A stretch of DNA of 64,000 bases. Source: Eledone cirrhosa (taxonomy: Eukaryota). Where the stretch lies: NCBI GenBank assembly GCA_964016885.1, contig OZ024743.1, positions 366,544,001 through 366,608,000 on the forward strand, read 5' to 3'. Made by a program: the position numbers and the translations under genes. The number at the start of each line of letters is the position of its first letter. Within the stretch, counting starts at the first letter, position 1. Of the stretch, positions 13,529 through 27,733 are shown one piece after another. The notes under the pieces are model-generated. The model saw only the letters and a program-made list of their open reading frames with translations, was not told where the DNA came from and did no database searches.

Positions 13529-14627
13529 GTGAGCTTCGCAACCCTGTCGACATATACACGCCCGTAGATCGAGTCCTTCGCAAGTACTGTAAGTTCAAAA
13601 GGAAACTATTCCGTAAATACTGCAACTGCCGGACACTTGGTGTCTTTCTAGTGTGTCAGAAGTGTTCATAGTAGAAGTAGTGGTGGTACACCTAGCAATA
13701 GAAGTGGAGGAAAAATAAACATACACTCACACATACATATACACACACATAAAATAACTCAAAAACAAACAGACAAACAAGCATACTAATGTGATTGTGA
13801 ATAACTAAGAAATTATATGGACACATGCATGTACTACAGACACGCACATACATGCACATGTATACATACACAAGTCCTCCCATACATTCACCAAAACATA
13901 TATGTTACACTACATGTGTAGATGTATGGGTTGGTTGTTATATAAATATTATTATATATATACCCATGTATATATTTATAAGATGTCTATAAGTAAACAC
14001 ACATATGTATATATATATGTATGTATGTATGTGGATATTTTGAATTGAAGAAAAGAGAGATATTGTACTGCATGTAATTATTTGTGTTTGCAATTTTTCA
14101 CCCATCTCAATACTATTTCTCCCTGACCCATAAGTTCTCCAATTTTACTACATACATGTTTGATCACCTCTGACCACCACCACCACCACCACCACCACCA
14201 ATTTACCATGGTTTGAACCTTTACTGCTCCTTTCAACCCTTGAAACCACCATGACTACAACCACCACCACCAGCCACTATCACCACCATCTTTGCTGCCA
14301 TAACACTCACCATCACTATCACTGTCATTGTTATAAATACCAAGAGTAACTTCAGATACTTACTGAAGCAACTCCAGATGTTTCAATATTATTATGAGCT
14401 CATCAGCAAACATAACCATCACCATATTTACCAAAGCAAAGAAAGCAATTTTTGTCATTGGCTATTTTTCATAATTATTTCTACTTAGCTATTTAATGCT
14501 CTTTGCATTAAATATGTTAACACTGTAACTAATCTATTGTTCTTTTATGCAGATGATGTCTGAATCATTCATTCTTTAAACAACTACATACATTTCACAA
14601 CCATCACAACCCTTACCCCACGCCCCA

Positions 14628-15170
<543 letters not shown>

Positions 15171-15547
15171 ATCTAAGGCGGTAAAATTCCCGAGATCCAT
15201 GGACGAGTTCTCTCCAGCAGTCTCTGTCCCTCATTATCGCTGCCATGTCCTGCGTCTCCAACAATGTATATATATATAAACGGAAAAAAATGAAACGAAA
15301 TTTCATTTCCCACTCTTAGTACGGCTGTTACTTAAATATAAGTATGTACACGTACATACATATATGTATACAGACGTACAGTAGTATGTATATATATATA
15401 CATACATACATGCACACATATATATATGTACGTATGGATTCACCGAACATTTATTATAATGCTCGGTGTGTTTGTAAACAAACATCCCGAATTAAGCCGT
15501 AGTGTCTAGCAACCATCGTTGCTCGTTTGTTCAACACTGACAAAGGA

Positions 15548-15590
15548 ACGCTGTACTAGTTTCAAGCTTATTAGCTATCGTCAGCAACGT
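15548..15590 (-). ncRNA. Minimal type-I hammerhead ribozyme
   Basis: Minus strand: acgttg-CTGACGA-tagctaataagctt-GAAA-ctag-TA-cagcgt. Confidence 0.82.
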
Positions 15591-15829
15591 ATACCTTCTG
15601 CCAGATTGTTGAACGTATATACTTACCTTATGCATATTAACGGCTGAGTAGCCCAATTTGCATATCGAGTGGGTTAATCGGCCGGGTGCACCGAAAACGA
15701 TAAACATTTTTTCCATTTATCATTTTCGGTGCACCCGGCCGATTAACCCACTCGATATGCAAATTGGGCTACTCAGCCGTTAATATGCATAAGGTAAGTA
15801 TATACATTCAACAATCTGGCAGAAGGTAT

Positions 15830-15872
15830 ACGTTGCTGATGATAGCTAATAAGCTTGAAACTAGTACAGCGT
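15830..15872 (+). ncRNA. Minimal type-I hammerhead ribozyme
   Basis: acgttg-CTGATGA-t-agct-aata-agct-t-GAAA-ctag-TA-cagcgt. Intact core, 6-bp stem I, 4-bp stem II, palindromic stem III ACTAGT, GUA site. Confidence 0.85.
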
Positions 15873-15905
15873 TCCTTTGTCAGTGTTGAAGAAACGAGCA
15901 ACGAT

Positions 15906-16425
15906 ATGTGTATATATATATATATACATATACATATAGATATACATATATATGTGTATATATATATACATATATATATATACATATATGTGTATATATA
16001 TATACATATATATGTGTATATATATATACATATATATGTGTATATATATACATATATATGTGTATATATATACATATATATGTGTATATATATACATATA
16101 CATATAGATATGTGTATATACATATACATATATATACATATACATATATATACATATACGTATATATACATATACATACATATACATATACATACATATA
16201 TACATATACATATATATACATATATATACATATACATACATATATGTATATATACATATACATATACATACATATATACATACATATATACATATATATA
16301 CATATATATACATATACATATATATATATACATACATATATATACATATACGTATACATATACATATAGATATATATACATATACATATATATGTGTATA
16401 TATATATACATATATATATATATAC
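15906..16425. repeat. (TA)/(TACA)n compound microsatellite
   Basis: Directly visible. Confidence 0.95.
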
Positions 16426-16897
16426 AAACTAAAAAAAAGTTATAAAAAAAAGAGATGTTTGGAAAAGAGAGAAATGAGAGTATGCTGGGTAGAAAGGGGC
16501 AAGTTTGGACAAAAATGGATGCAAAAACTAAACAATGACTGAATATTTGGTAGTTAGAATGGTAGTTATATTTGTAGCTTTTTGTTGTAAACTGCATGGA
16601 GGGAGTATATAATCATTTATTGCTGTAATTAAAATAATACTAATTATTATTATTTATTATTATCATCATTATTATTATCATCACGCTTATTATTGGGATT
16701 GGCAGAAACAGAAGTGTTCCAGTGAAAATACCTTGTTTGGGTTCAATTTCGAATGAGGTCAACTATGCATTTCATCTTCCTGGGATCAATGATATAAATA
16801 CAATTTCAATATTGGGGTCAATTTAATCTACTATACTCTCACCTAAATATAATGACAGCCTTCTGCCTATATTAGAGATTATTATTATTATTATAAA

Positions 16898-17440
16898 GGC
16901 AGCGAATTGGCAGAATTATTAGTGTCGGAGAAAATGCTTTGCAGCCTTTATTCCGTATCTTTACATCTTTGCTTTTCACACTTTCGGGATCGATAAAATA
17001 AAGTACCAGTCACTCACTGGGGTTGATTTAATCGACTTTCCTCTTTCCCCCAAATTGCTGGCCTTGTGCCTAAATCAGAAACCATTATTATTATTATTTT
17101 TATTATTATTATTATTGAGAAAAGTCACAATTTTAACTTTCATACTTTTGCAGCCACATTCTGGGGTCAATTTAATCAAGTATACACTCTCCCCACAAAT
17201 TTGTGGCCTATGCTATAATAATAATAATTATTATTGTTGTTGTTATATAGGGCAGTGGATTGGCAGAATCATGAGACCATTGAAAAAATGCCTTGTGATA
17301 TTTATTCTGGCTTTTCACATTTGGAGTTTAGATTGCACTGAGGTCATCTTTGCTTTCATACTTCCAGGGTCAATGAAATAAAGTACCAGTCAAGAACCAA
17401 ATGAAATTTGAGGGCTTTGTGCCTATGTTAGAAATTATTA
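16898..17440 (+). mobile_element. Cluster of older tRNA-derived SINE copies
   Basis: Two diverged copies, ~16898-17090 and ~17249-17440, share the central domain and tail. Confidence 0.7.
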
Positions 17441-18956
17441 TTTTTTATTGTTGTAGTACCTGATTTCTGATTTTAAGATCTGTGAGCTTGTGTACCCAGG
17501 GGCATTATATTATGAGACTGAGCAAAACTCTTGTCTACCTTCCTTGCAAAAAGTTTGCTTCTTAATCAGATGATTAAGAAGTCATCATCATCATCATCAT
17601 TCCCCTTATAATTATAAGTTTTCATCATTCATATAATGTACTATTGTTGATATCATTATTATTATCAGCAACAGCGCCACCACCAAAGTTAATTTCACAC
17701 AATCTTTGATATTATATATTATCATTGGCCTGATTATCACTCCCACTGCGACCACACCATCATTATCATGATCCTCCTTTTCATCATTGTTAGTCTACTT
17801 TGAGTAGCTTCCCATATCATATTCCTTCTACAGAATACACCATTTAAGTGCATACATACTTACTAGTAGTTGATGCCAACCATCATTAGTTTCTTCAGAT
17901 TCTAATGTTTCACTTTCATTAAACTACATGCTTGGATTAATTCTGCTTAACTTTCAGGACTTGATAAAAATCTGTATTTAGAATGTGAATCGGTTCTTTC
18001 TTCTTTTTTCTTTATTACCATAATAACAATAATAATAATTGTTTCTAAATTTATTACAAGAGCACAGATGTTTTGCTAGGAAGGTTCAAGTTGATTATAT
18101 ATACTCCCTCCTTCTCCATCCAGTCTTGACAGGTACTTTATTTTATCAACATTGGTGAAATTTGAACTCAGAATGTAAAATGGTAAAAACAAATTTCACA
18201 AGGTATTTTGTCCAATATCTTACCAATTTTACCAATCCACTGCACTTTAGAACAGAAAGCGTTTTAAGGCCGTTTTCCTTTGTTAATCTGGGGTTATCCT
18301 TGAAGGCCCCCATAATAAGGTTTATACAACAGGATGCCATTCTTGACACCAACATGTTAATTACCTTTACAGCATGCAGTGATATGGTGTAACTATTTTA
18401 AACCAAATACACATAGCACAATCTACTGTCCTTAACAACAGCAGCAAAAACAACAATAATAATTATAATAATTTCTTTATGGTGACAGATGAGGGATATT
18501 ACAGGGTCAGGTTACAAAGGGTTTGTGAGCATGTAGGAGAGAGTAGATTGAATGACAAGAAATCAAAAGTGACAGTATTCAGTATAGAAAATCTGATGTC
18601 TCAAGAGGAAGACTATCACCTAGGGCCAATCAAAGAATCCAACAAATCCAGGATTAGCCTTGCCAGCTGTATTTTCCAACCTACAAGCACGTGCTGAAAG
18701 TGGGCAAGGGAATTCAACTACAATAATAAAAATAATTGTTTCTAGCATAGTTACAAGGTAAAACATTTTGGAAGAAAGGTTAGTATTTTAAATGGACATC
18801 AGTAATTCACTGGTACATTACTTTATTGATCCTGGAAGGTTGAAAGGCAAAGTTGACACCGAAATCATTTGAACTCAACATAAAAAGCCAAAGCATATAC
18901 CACAAGGTATTTTGTCAGATGATCTAATGATTCTGTCAGTCAACCACCCTTTACAA

Positions 18957-19153
18957 TAATAATAATTGTTTCTACTTTTGGCACAAGGCCAGCAAATACC
19001 CAGTGCATTACTGGTACTTTATTTTATCGACCCCGTAAGGATGAAAGGCAAAGTTAACTTCGGCGGGATTTGAACTCAGAATGGCAAGGGCTGTAACTCT
19101 ATGCGTCAAAGCATGGCGTCCGACCCTCCACCGATACTGCCAATCCACCGCCA
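18957..19153 (-). mobile_element. tRNA-derived SINE, full-length
   Basis: Reverse complement of the 4966 family. Flanked by the direct repeat tttacaataataataat. Confidence 0.9.
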
Positions 19154-19174
19154 TTTACAATAATAATAATAATA

Positions 19175-19600
19175 AGTAGATGCAAATAGGCTTGCTATAG
19201 TATTGAAAGATTTATAACCGAATGGATGCCTGCTAATTGATATGACCATTCCTACACGCAAGAATGTATCTATAAAATCATTTGAAAAATAAAGACCTGG
19301 AAATAGGGATTGGAAAAAATATATAAGTTGAGAGCTAAAACAATTTCAGTATTTGTGGGCACTAGAAAAGATACCTAAGGGGTCTAATGATTGCTTATTC
19401 CAAATTCCAAGAAACCTGCATATAGAAGTAATACAAAACTGCCCATATAATAAGGAAAATTCTGTCAATATAAGTTCATCTCACAATTGTAAACATCTAA
19501 AGATATTATTTATTTCCTCTATTTTCTAATATGGCAGAACTTGTTTCTTGGCGTTTCTGGTTGTGACTTGGTGTTAACATTTATGAACAGAAAGCAAAGC
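19175..19600 (+). mobile_element. 3' fragment of an R4/Dong-like non-LTR element (restriction-like endonuclease)
   Basis: Decayed translation VDANR.AIVLKD...CLLIDMTIP...KDLEIGI...KTISVFVG. Sits between (TAA)n tracts, the known Dong-type target. Confidence 0.6.
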
Positions 19601-20805
19601 AATAATAATTTCTTTATTAGCCACATAGGGTTCACATTAAGGAAACATTAAAGATGGTACAGTGTGTTGGGGGAGGGGGGATAAAATTCATAACAGAGAC
19701 TAAAAAAAACAAACATAACAAATTCCCCAAAGGTCAGGAGACTCCATGGGTCACTCGTGGAGAAATACCACAAAAAGCCACAGTCACCCTGTCCGCTAGG
19801 GCAAAGTGCCCTCTCCCAGTTGTTCTCCTCCAATCTACAGGCATATCCTCAAGGCAGGCCCATTCACACAGACCATGCTCGCCACTTTAACTGGTCTCTG
19901 ATTTAGAAGGGAGGGGATTGTGGATTAAATTGACTCCAATATTTCATTAGTACTATGTTCTATCAACCCAAGGTTGATAAAATTAGTCCCAGTGAAGTAT
20001 TGGGGTTGATATTTTGCCATCTAGTTTAATACCACCAGTTCGCTCTTATGTGTATAAAGCAGAGTTGATAATTTTCCTCCCAGTATAACAGTATCACCTA
20101 TGCCTTGGGTGCTTAGAGAAGAGTCTTCACTATTGCATTATTTGGACCAGGTCTTCAGTTTATGGATAGTTAGTTATTCACCCCCACCCCCCTCATACAC
20201 ACAAAGTTCAACTATCTTGAAATTCTTGCAATCACTAAGCCATAAAAAAATTTAAAAAACAACTATGCACCCTTTTGCCTCATGACATCTGTGGCCTTAC
20301 ACCCATTTAAGAAACCATAATTATTATTGTGAGGATTCACTTTTACAAAACTGGCCTTGTGCTTAATCAAACCATTCTTCCTTATAGTATGTTTGTGGAA
20401 TGTCCTTGTAAGCACAACCTTGTAGAAATTGTGAAAACTTTGTTTTTAATCCTTTTACTGCTGCTAATACAATACTATTGGTTTTGTGTCCATAAAGTTT
20501 AATAGAGAATCTCTTGAATATTTTATATTTATAATTGCTGCTATTCTTACCATTTTGATTATGATGATCATCATCGTTTTCATCATCACCCTTACCATTG
20601 TGTTTATCATGTTTATCTGAAGTAGTTTTGGTAATGGAGTTAGTAGCCATATTCATAAGGGTTGAACTATAATCTTCAGTATGAGTTTTGTATTAATTGC
20701 TGTTGAAACTAAAGCATTTCACTGTAGCTGTTAATTTAACCGACTATACCCCACCAGACAATATATATATATTTAAAATAGGAAGCGCACAGAACAAAAA
20801 ATGAA

Positions 20806-20892
<87 letters not shown>

Positions 20893-20978
20893 CTTATACA
20901 TATCACTGACGGGTCGATAAAATATCGTTCCCTAGGGATATATAAAATCTCAAGCAACTTAAACATAAGGAGCCTGTC

Positions 20979-21041
<63 letters not shown>

Positions 21042-23093
21042 GTACCTATGTTTAACTTCATTATTATTGTGAGAAAAGCTAACTTTATCTTTCATTCTTC
21101 TGGGATCGATAAAATCCTACAAATTAAGTACTGGAATCTCAAATTAATTGTCTTCACTGTGCTTTTCCCTCAAACATGAGACTGTGTGCTTATATAATAA
21201 ATCAAAAATATATAACATAGCTGTGTTTAGAAAATATTGTATTGATTTAATAAAAATCAATGCATGCAATAAATCCATTTATTATTAAGGTGGTTTAAGC
21301 AACCTTTTATTACATAGACGTTTAGGTTAATATATTCCCATTAGTGAAAGTGATATTAAAAGTAATCATGGTAAAATGTTTATGGAATGAGTGGTATTGT
21401 GGTGGTGATGGTAGTGCTGGTGTGAGCAATCCAAACAATATTATTATTAATAATATACTACATAAAACCTTTAGTTACATATTTCTCCTGGGATTATGAG
21501 ATATGTAGATAGTTTACACTGAAACTCAAATGAAGCTATCCATCTTTTTCAATCCACAGAGAAATACATACTACATACTACATGTTTACATATATAAATG
21601 TGTGTGTACATACATTTTCTTGCAGCTTTGGTTAAATCCTGTACGGAATGTGTGCATATAAATTCATAATAATAATGATGGCTGTGGGGGTGTTAATAGA
21701 TGTTCATTGTTTTTTTTTTTGAGGTTGATGTGGCACTAATTTGTATCATCATTTGGATCTGAATCATATAACACAATATTAAAGCAGAATTTATCTGTAA
21801 CTCATTAGCGTTGTGTAATTCACCATTTGTTATTAGGGCTGAAAAAAGAAAAAAAATTGTGTGTGTTGTGTATGTTTAGTTTGTTTTACTCATCATGGAT
21901 AAGATCATGTATGAGCAATAAATTTTGTTAGCTTGTTTCAAGAATTGCACTCTGACTTTCATTTATCCCGGGGTCAGTAGCAGGTGAACCATGGCACACA
22001 TGTGTATCACTGAGGTCCTCTCTATGGGTCTCAGCCCTTGTATATGTAAGATATGATATAATAAACATGTAGGCCATGGGCAATTTTTTTTTTAATCAAA
22101 AGATCTTGAAAGATCTTTTTGATAGGACAGCAGTTTTTTTAAATATATACATTTAACTTTTATCATCTTGTACCACATGAACAAGAAATACTTATAAATC
22201 AGCACTATGATTACATCACATTAAAGTCTTTAAGGTAATATTGCTAATTTTCACAATTGTCCAGTAGTAAAGATATAAACATTTGAATTTAAAAACCCAT
22301 TTTAGATATTTTCTGCTAAATCGTTACAGGATGTTAAGAGTTAATGAAGAATCTCAGCCATATTTATGGACCACTAGTTTCAATAAGTTTTTTCAGCAAA
22401 AGCTTCAAAATGCCAATAATTGGTGGTGGTTGTGGCCGTAGTGGTTCCAAGTATTCAAAGTATGACAAAGTAGCCATATTAATAACACATCTGAAAATAT
22501 ATCACTTGATTAATGAATTAATTTAATTAGTAAAGTCTTGAATACCAATGTTCAGTAAGCAAGCAACATCACATGTATGTATGTATGTATATATGTATAT
22601 ATGTTTGTATGTATGTAAATGTTTGAATGTATATATGCATGTATGTATTGACAGATTTGTTTGACTGTTGAATAGAATGTGTATCAATATTTGTTCTGGC
22701 TCGCTGTGTTCTGAGTTCAAATCTCACCAAGGTCTACTTATCCTTTCATCCATTCAGGATTGATATGGAAAATACCAGCAAAGTGCTGGTGCAGCCCTCT
22801 CTCCTGGATGTTCCACAGGATGAAGGGTGGGAGGGCGAAGAGCGTGTCTATCTGCTCACAACTATATAGACACCTAAAAGTATTAGTAAAATCTACATAC
22901 TACCAAGTCATACTTGATTGTGAGTGACAGCTATATTTTGTTCTTTTTTAGTATGTATATATGTATGTATGCATGTATGTAAGTTTGTATATATATATAT
23001 ATGTGTGTGTATGTATAACATAATATCATTCGTGACTTTCGCCAATAGAAATGTAATATTAGCTATTGATGTACAAATATGTGGAATAAAAAC

Positions 23094-23125
<32 letters not shown>

Positions 23126-23204
23126 TCACCACACAAATTCAAAAACATACTTTCTTACTGCATATATTTTTAAAGTCACGAACAGACATATATATATATA
23201 TATA

Positions 23205-23767
23205 TACTTACGGTAAACATGCTGACTAAACAGGGTTGTGTATGTAATGCACCATTCAGTAAATAATGATGCAATTTGATTGAAGCACTCAACGTCATGT
23301 TTTATCTTCCAAATATAATTTGTTAGTCAGTGACGGAGTATATGTAGAGTAAGGAAAATGCGAAGTTCGGTGTAGATGTTAAAGAATCCTTTGACAAAAC
23401 TGTGATACGTATTTCAATGATGATTTTTGGCTACATGATTGTTCAATCACATAACTGGTCACACAATATCCTCAGGCAGCTTCCATGTATAATAAGGTTA
23501 CCTTTCTGAGGCAATTCAATCTAAAGTTCACAAGGGAATAGACAGAAATGATGTTTTCATTACTGAAGTCCGTTCCCTTGTGAACTTTAGATTGAACTGC
23601 CTCAGAAACGTAACCTTACTATATAAAGAAGCTGTCTGATGGTATTGTGTGACCATTATGTAATTGAACAATCACGTAGCCACAATCATCATTGAAATAT
23701 TTATCACAGCTTTGTTAATAAAGGACTCTTTAACATCTACACCAAACTTCACATTTTCCTTATTCTA
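23205..23767. mobile_element. Older palindromic PLE-derived unit with hammerheads in both arms
   Basis: Diverged arms ~23345-23543 / ~23567-23767. Left tail contains AGCACTC (23284). Flanked by (TA)n. Confidence 0.72.
23630..23711 (+). ncRNA. Degenerate type-I hammerhead (partner copy on minus strand at 23398-23481)
   Basis: agctgt-CTGATGG-tattgtg...cacaat..-GAAA-tattta-TC-acagct. The left-arm copy keeps CTGAGGA and palindromic stem III ATACGTAT. Confidence 0.65.
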
Positions 23768-24019
23768 TATATATATATATATATATATTACACACATACA
23801 CTCATTCTTTTGGATGCTGTACATACAAAAAAAAAAATTAATATAAATATACATTTTAACATTAGTATAGACAAAAATCTGGATGTCTATATGTGAGAAA
23901 TATATCTATCTGCATTATAGCATATAAATAATACATAGATATTTGGACTCATACACACATATTTACATTTAACCATACACATATATTTGTATTTATGCAC
24001 ACACACACACACACATACT

Positions 24020-24109
<90 letters not shown>

Positions 24110-24886
24110 TATATATATGCATACAGTTCATACATTAGATATGTGTCTAATATGCACACATTCTTAAGTATTTATAGATATGTATCTCCATTCATACAAA
24201 TATACTGACATAGACATATGATATATACATACAGATATACATATGTACACAATATAAATATATATGCAAATACATGTATACACACAGACATATTTATATA
24301 TTAAGGATGTACCACTTACAAATGACTATAAATTAATTACACTATTATTATTATATATGAATCATCCCTATTGACTTTCTAATTTTGTTATCAAAGAAAC
24401 TTTGCTGTAAACTGAAATAGCTACAAAATCATGTCATATACAATTGAAATATATTATATAACAACCAAAACAACTATAAGTATAAACAAGATAAAAATAT
24501 GAAAAAGAAAATCAAACAAAATGAAGCACCAGCAAGAACAAAGAAAAAATATAATCAGCCAAGTGAGACTTGGTTGGGATTGAACCTCCTTGACTTGCAA
24601 AAGTAGTTTGGAAAAAAACCCCACAAAAGACTAAAATACATCCATTCACTTTTGCATCATACCACAGAATTCTACAAGAAACTTACACATTGGAATCTAT
24701 GGCTTATAGACTTTCCTATTGGATTTACTACAAATTAATATTCTACAGACAGTAATGCAAAAATTTGAAAAAGAAAAGAAAAGGAAAACATGGAAATTAA
24801 TCGATCAATAATACTCTGCTGTATTTATTATTATTATTATTATTATATTATTGTTAATATTATTATTCTTAATCTATTATTATTAC

Positions 24887-24931
<45 letters not shown>

Positions 24932-25746
24932 ATTATTTTGGTGATTATGAATTTGTGTTATTCTTGAATAATAAAAATAATGTACAGTAAGCTAGTTGTA
25001 TGGATGAACAATTTTATTGATACCCAAAGCTACTAGCTCTTGGAGATGGTCTATCACTGTTCTTCCTCTGTCTCAATGACAGATCAGATTTTTTTTTTAT
25101 ATTTCTTTTACTTTCTCCTTATTTTTCATTCTGAATCCTGTTGCCTGAGCTGAAATAAACCAGTCTCAGATTGAGCATATAACTGGTACTGTTGTATACT
25201 TAGATATTATTAATCATATGATAATATAATAACTATGTCTACTTTTAATATCTGATGGATTATTGTGATTTATAGCTGAATACACCTTTGCTGATACAAC
25301 AAACAACTTTGTATAATAATAATTAAACTTCTTACCAGAAACTTCTGTTGTGAAGAATAAAGAATAAAAAAAAAAAAAGAAGAAAATTGTAAAAAATAGT
25401 TGAGACCAAACACTAAAAGGATTAGGACAATGGAACAGAAAAGCAAATGAAATAAATGATAATAATAATGAGAATTATAGTATATAAGAAAAATACATTG
25501 AAGAAATTTCAGGACTTCTGATGTTTGTGAATATTTTTTTCACCACATTCTTTTTTCTTTTTGTTTCCTGTTTTTATTGAAAAATCTACAGAGAGTATTC
25601 AACATACGCACTTAAACAAATACAACAACATATCTAATAATAATGAAAACACAACAAAAATAATACTCTCTAGCTTTTTAAGGATGATTATTATACATTC
25701 TTGAGGTATTATTATATTTCTCAAGGCTGGCTGAAAAATGCATTCT

Positions 25747-25804
<58 letters not shown>

Positions 25805-27237
25805 TGATAATTATGATTATTATTATTATAAATATGATTTTATTCTTAAAAAAACTGTCTTGGAATGAGCCCCAGGATATAAAGACTGCTGTCTTGGTTT
25901 GAACCCAAGATAAAGACTGCTGTTTTATATTGTTTTCTCTTAATTTGTTTTTGTTTTGTTGCATTTTTCGTTGTTTTTTTTTTTAAAGTGGTAATTATTA
26001 TCTAGACAAATTGCAATAAACATAAATTTCATTGCCTGGTGTTGTGATGATGGATTAAGAAATGAAAAAATATGGACATGACTGGAAATGTGAAACCTAT
26101 ATAAGAACCTTAATAATAGTAAAATTTAAGTTTAGAAAACCCTGCTGAAAAAGTAACCTTAGCTGGTGATTATATATATATATATATATATAGATAGATA
26201 GATATTGAATTGAATCATTAACTTCGACATTTTTTTTTTACTATAGAAAGTCCAATAATAAGAGGGCGAAAAAGGTCCTAGAACAGAAAAAAATGGGCAT
26301 TAGCTTTTCCCTTCTAGGGGCCTATATGTTCTGTTATTATTAGAGTATTTTCTGTAATATAAAAAAGATAGCAAAGTTACTGGTTTAATTCAATTTTCAA
26401 ATTCCATCGCAGCTTTGATAGGAATTGTTTATATAACTGTGTCTGGCTGATAGGTGTGGTCTAACTGTTTATTGCTAGGCAGGGTTTATAATTTATTTAG
26501 TAGGGTTTGATTGGGTTGTGTAGATTTTTATAAATTAGAATTAGGGTGTTTTGAAATATCCACACTACCTAATTAAATTTCAATTATTACGTAAAGTAAA
26601 TATTCTACATTACAGTTTAATTAATTGAAACAATGGTAGAAAATAAGAAGAAAAGTAAAATATCTTCAGAACTATCTAGATTTCATGTTTTCAGAATCAA
26701 AAATCCTTTTTATGGTTTTCTTTGAGATTGTGATGAAACTGTGGTTAGATATTTTGTGGAAGTTTCTACAGAAAATGATGGAACGAGAACAAAAATGGAA
26801 AGGTGAACTAAAGCATCAGAGAATTCCAAGAACAATGAAAGAGAGAGAGAGAGAAAAAAAGAAGAAATAATGAACTGAAAAACATAAGATATAGAAAGTG
26901 AGAAAACACAAACTAAGAAAATATTTGATTGTAAAAATTATATATTGAAAACTAAGTTAATAGAAAATAAAATATGTACAAAACATGGAGATAATGTCAC
27001 ATGGTTTCTTAGTTGTTTTGAGCCAAGAATACACATTTAATAATGTGCATTGAGTACACCTGCTTTAATTAGCCAGAATGTTGGTTGCATGTTTTTATGT
27101 ATATACAAGTATATCTATGTATGGATATGTGTGTGTGCGTATGGTATATCCTTTACTGATCAATGGCAAGGCTGTAAAGAATAAAAAATTCCTTTAAATT
27201 GTAATTGATATACATATATATAAAGATATATGCTGGT

Positions 27238-27733
27238 CAGGACTGGATTTATGACAGTGTGGACAAAGCATTTTCCCCAGAGCCCCATCACCTGTGGGCT
27301 TTATTGGTGGAGATGGAGCTTTGTAAGATAGATGTGCCCTGGACTGCCATGGTCCCTGATAGCCTTTTTGGTTTTATCTTTTAGACACACCAGAACAATA
27401 TTTCTCTACTTTAGAGACATCAGATGGTTGTTGTGGAATGTAAGGGGATGTGATTGTTCATTTTTATGCAAGAATATGGTGTATTGGTGTTTATATATAT
27501 TTGTGTGTTTTAATTACATTTAAGTATGGAAGATGCACTTAAAATTAAGGTGGTCAGAATGTTTCATTTAACATCTGTATGTATAACTTGACAATTCCAA
27601 TTACATGTGCCAAGCCAACTTAAAAATATAAACTTGGGGCTTCCTGTGTGTATTTTAATTTTTCGTGTATGAACCCCACCACCCCAACCTGAAGTGCCCT
27701 GCCCCCTTCCTCCAAGTTCTAATTCCGGCCCTA
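27238..27733. mobile_element. Possible old hAT-like MITE
   Basis: Degenerate TIRs caggactggattta / taattccggcccta. Confidence 0.35.

Larger units (their letters stand above)
15432..15905. mobile_element. ORF-less palindromic PLE-derived unit with two hammerheads
   Basis: Arms 15516-15704 / 15716-15905 are nearly identical reverse complements. The left arm has an extra tail. Embedded in (TA/CA)n. Confidence 0.8.

Noticed and set aside
20890-20945. CTGACGG...AAA hammerhead-like text
   Set aside because: The core is incomplete and has no convincing GAAA or stem III.
26235-26365. Weak inverted repeat
   Set aside because: Too diverged, with no ribozyme core or TSD. Likely an old MITE remnant.
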